Assembly: GCA_009921165.1 (NCBI GenBank)
Contig: RFYI01000002.1
Coordinates: 234 to 64,233, forward strand
DNA length: 64,000 bases
From: Actinomycetota bacterium
Lineage (GTDB): Bacteria; Actinomycetota; Actinomycetes; Actinomycetales; Microbacteriaceae
Direction of reading: 5' to 3'
Position 1 is the first letter of the stretch. Every line of letters starts with the position of its first letter. Position numbers and translations under genes: made by a program. Below are positions 62,586 to 64,000 of this stretch, piece after piece. The notes beneath the pieces are model-generated. The model was not told the origin of the DNA. It saw only the letters and a program-made list of their open reading frames with translations, and searched no databases.

Positions 62586-63167
62586 TCAGAGTGTCACCAA
62601 GTCTTTGACTGCAGCGAATAACTTATCGCCGATACCTGCAACGTTTAGCAGATCTTCTTTAGATTTGAATCCGCCATTAGCAGTTCGCCAATCAACCATG
62701 CGGCCGGCAAGTGCTGGGCCAACACCAGGGAGATCTTCTAGCTGCGAAGAGCTCGCTTGGTTTAGCGAGATTAGTGAACTCTCCTGTTGCACCTGAGCAT
62801 TTGATGACCCAGATGAGACAAGGAGTTGTTCTCCATCATTCAAGATTCTCGCCATGTTGACACTGGTTTGATTGGCCTTGTTGGTAAAGCCTCCGGCTAA
62901 TAGCACTGCATCAAACACTCTTGACCCTGAATCAAGTTGATAGATACCTGGCTTTCGAACAGCCCCTGCAACATGGATGTAAATACTTGGCGACTTCACA
63001 TCTTGTGAACTGGAGGATGAAGGTTTACTAAGAGTTACCTTGGGTTGATTACTAAAACTTGAACTAAAAACATAAACCCCAAATCCAACCACAGCAATAA
63101 CAGTGATGCTTGCCTTGAGGGCTCTTGGACTGAACTCAGCGAGTAACTCTTTTATCCATTGAAACAT
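62586..63167 (-). CDS. comEA: ComEA family DNA-binding protein (TM, SLBB, HhH)
   Basis: HVAGAVRKPG, AGG, LPGVGP, VAGIG. Confidence 0.93.
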   Translation of the reverse strand: MFQWIKELLAEFSPRALKASITVIAVVGFGVYVFSSSFSNQPKVTLSKPSSSSSQDVKSPSIYIHVAGAVRKPGIYQLDSGSRVFDAVLLAGGFTNKANQTSVNMARILNDGEQLLVSSGSSNAQVQQESSLISLNQASSSQLEDLPGVGPALAGRMVDWRTANGGFKSKEDLLNVAGIGDKLFAAVKDLVTL

Positions 63168-63226
63168 TCACCAAAACTAAAGCCGATGAACTATCAGTGA
63201 GAGTGACTCAGCTATGATGTTGAGAA

Positions 63227-64000
63227 CTAGCCCTTGGTAACTATGTTGATAAGTTTCGGTGCTCTAATGATGACCTTGACTACTTCTCTACTCTCGAGTG
63301 CTCGCTGAACAGTCTCTGAAGCATCAGCTGCAGCTTGCAGGTCTGCTTCAGTTGCATCAACAGAGAGTTCAACTGTGTCTCTTAGTTTTCCATCAACCTG
63401 CAAAACAGCAGTTAGTGTGCTTTCAACTAACAAAGCAGGATCAGCATCAGGCAGCAGAGCCAAAGCAACACCAGGCTTGTGTCCTAGCATCTCCCACATC
63501 TCTTCAGCCATAAATGGTGAGAACAGCGATAGTGCCTTAGCGACTATCTCAGTTGCTTCTCTAACTGCTGGGTCTTTAGGGCCAACAGAGCCATCAATAG
63601 CTTTACGAACAGCGTTAACAAGTTCCATGAGCTTGGCAACTCCAACATTGAACTTGAAGTTCTCAATGTTGATTCCAAAATCTCTTAGGAATGAATGTGT
63701 AGCTTTTCTAAGCTCTTTATCTCCGGTTGAGTAATCAACACCAACTGGAACATCAACATCGTTAGCTAATCTCCAACAACGAGCTAGGAACTTACCTGAA
63801 CCAGAAGGTGAAACATCAGCCCAGTCAATGTCATCTTCTGGAGGACCAGCAAAAGCCATGGTTAGACGAATAGCATCCGCACCGTGCTCATCTAACTGAT
63901 CTCCTAGTTTGACTAGGTTGCCACGAGATTTGCTCATCGCTGAACCATTCATCAAAACCATGCCTTGGTTCAACAATCTGGTGAAGGGTTCTGAGAACTC
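63227..64000 (-). CDS. leuS: Leucine--tRNA ligase, C-terminal part; 5' truncated by window
   Basis: [13 protein letters not shown] (KMSKS-like), QVDGKLR. Confidence 0.95.
   Translation of the reverse strand, partial: EFSEPFTRLLNQGMVLMNGSAMSKSRGNLVKLGDQLDEHGADAIRLTMAFAGPPEDDIDWADVSPSGSGKFLARCWRLANDVDVPVGVDYSTGDKELRKATHSFLRDFGINIENFKFNVGVAKLMELVNAVRKAIDGSVGPKDPAVREATEIVAKALSLFSPFMAEEMWEMLGHKPGVALALLPDADPALLVESTLTAVLQVDGKLRDTVELSVDATEADLQAAADASETVQRALESREVVKVIIRAPKLINIVTKG

Overview
Densely packed core-genome segment of a low-GC (visually mid-40s %), streamlined actinobacterium. Gene order and protein motifs point to Microbacteriaceae, probably the freshwater 'Luna' cluster (Rhodoluna/Aquiluna-like); this assignment is an inference. 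Contents in order: partial sucB/dlaT, lipB-lipA-DUF4191, glnA, glnE-glnA2, nadE-panB, map-ppgK, RNase P RNA, the Nif3/Zn-ribbon/RNaseH-phosphatase operon, tRNA-Val, AhpE, aceE-fabD-fabH-acpP-fabF, DUF3145, an accessory block (tdk, amidohydrolase, secreted pullulanase) at tRNA-Ile2, GT4/DMT/def, an atypical two-component pair behind tRNA-Asn, and a long minus-strand run (dnaG, dgt, broken dusB, glyQS, uppS, recO, leuA with Leu leader, era, hemolysin, ybeY, phoH, HIT, rsmE, dnaJ, hrcA+CIRCE, hemW, lepA), then rpsT, MFS, holA, comEC, comEA and partial leuS. I see no integrase, IS, prophage or CRISPR array. The best candidate for an undescribed system is the intact 'two-component' pair at 35261-37189: the sensor has Asn in place of the phospho-His, and the regulator has lost the acidic pocket and the conserved Lys, which suggests phosphorylation-independent signalling. 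Other notable items: a possible Ser/Thr-kinase remnant, a frameshifting deletion in dusB, a small gene with no canonical start codon, a structured rpsT leader, and absence of the FasR/PucR regulator between aceE and fabD. All calls come from reading motifs by eye; no database searches were run.
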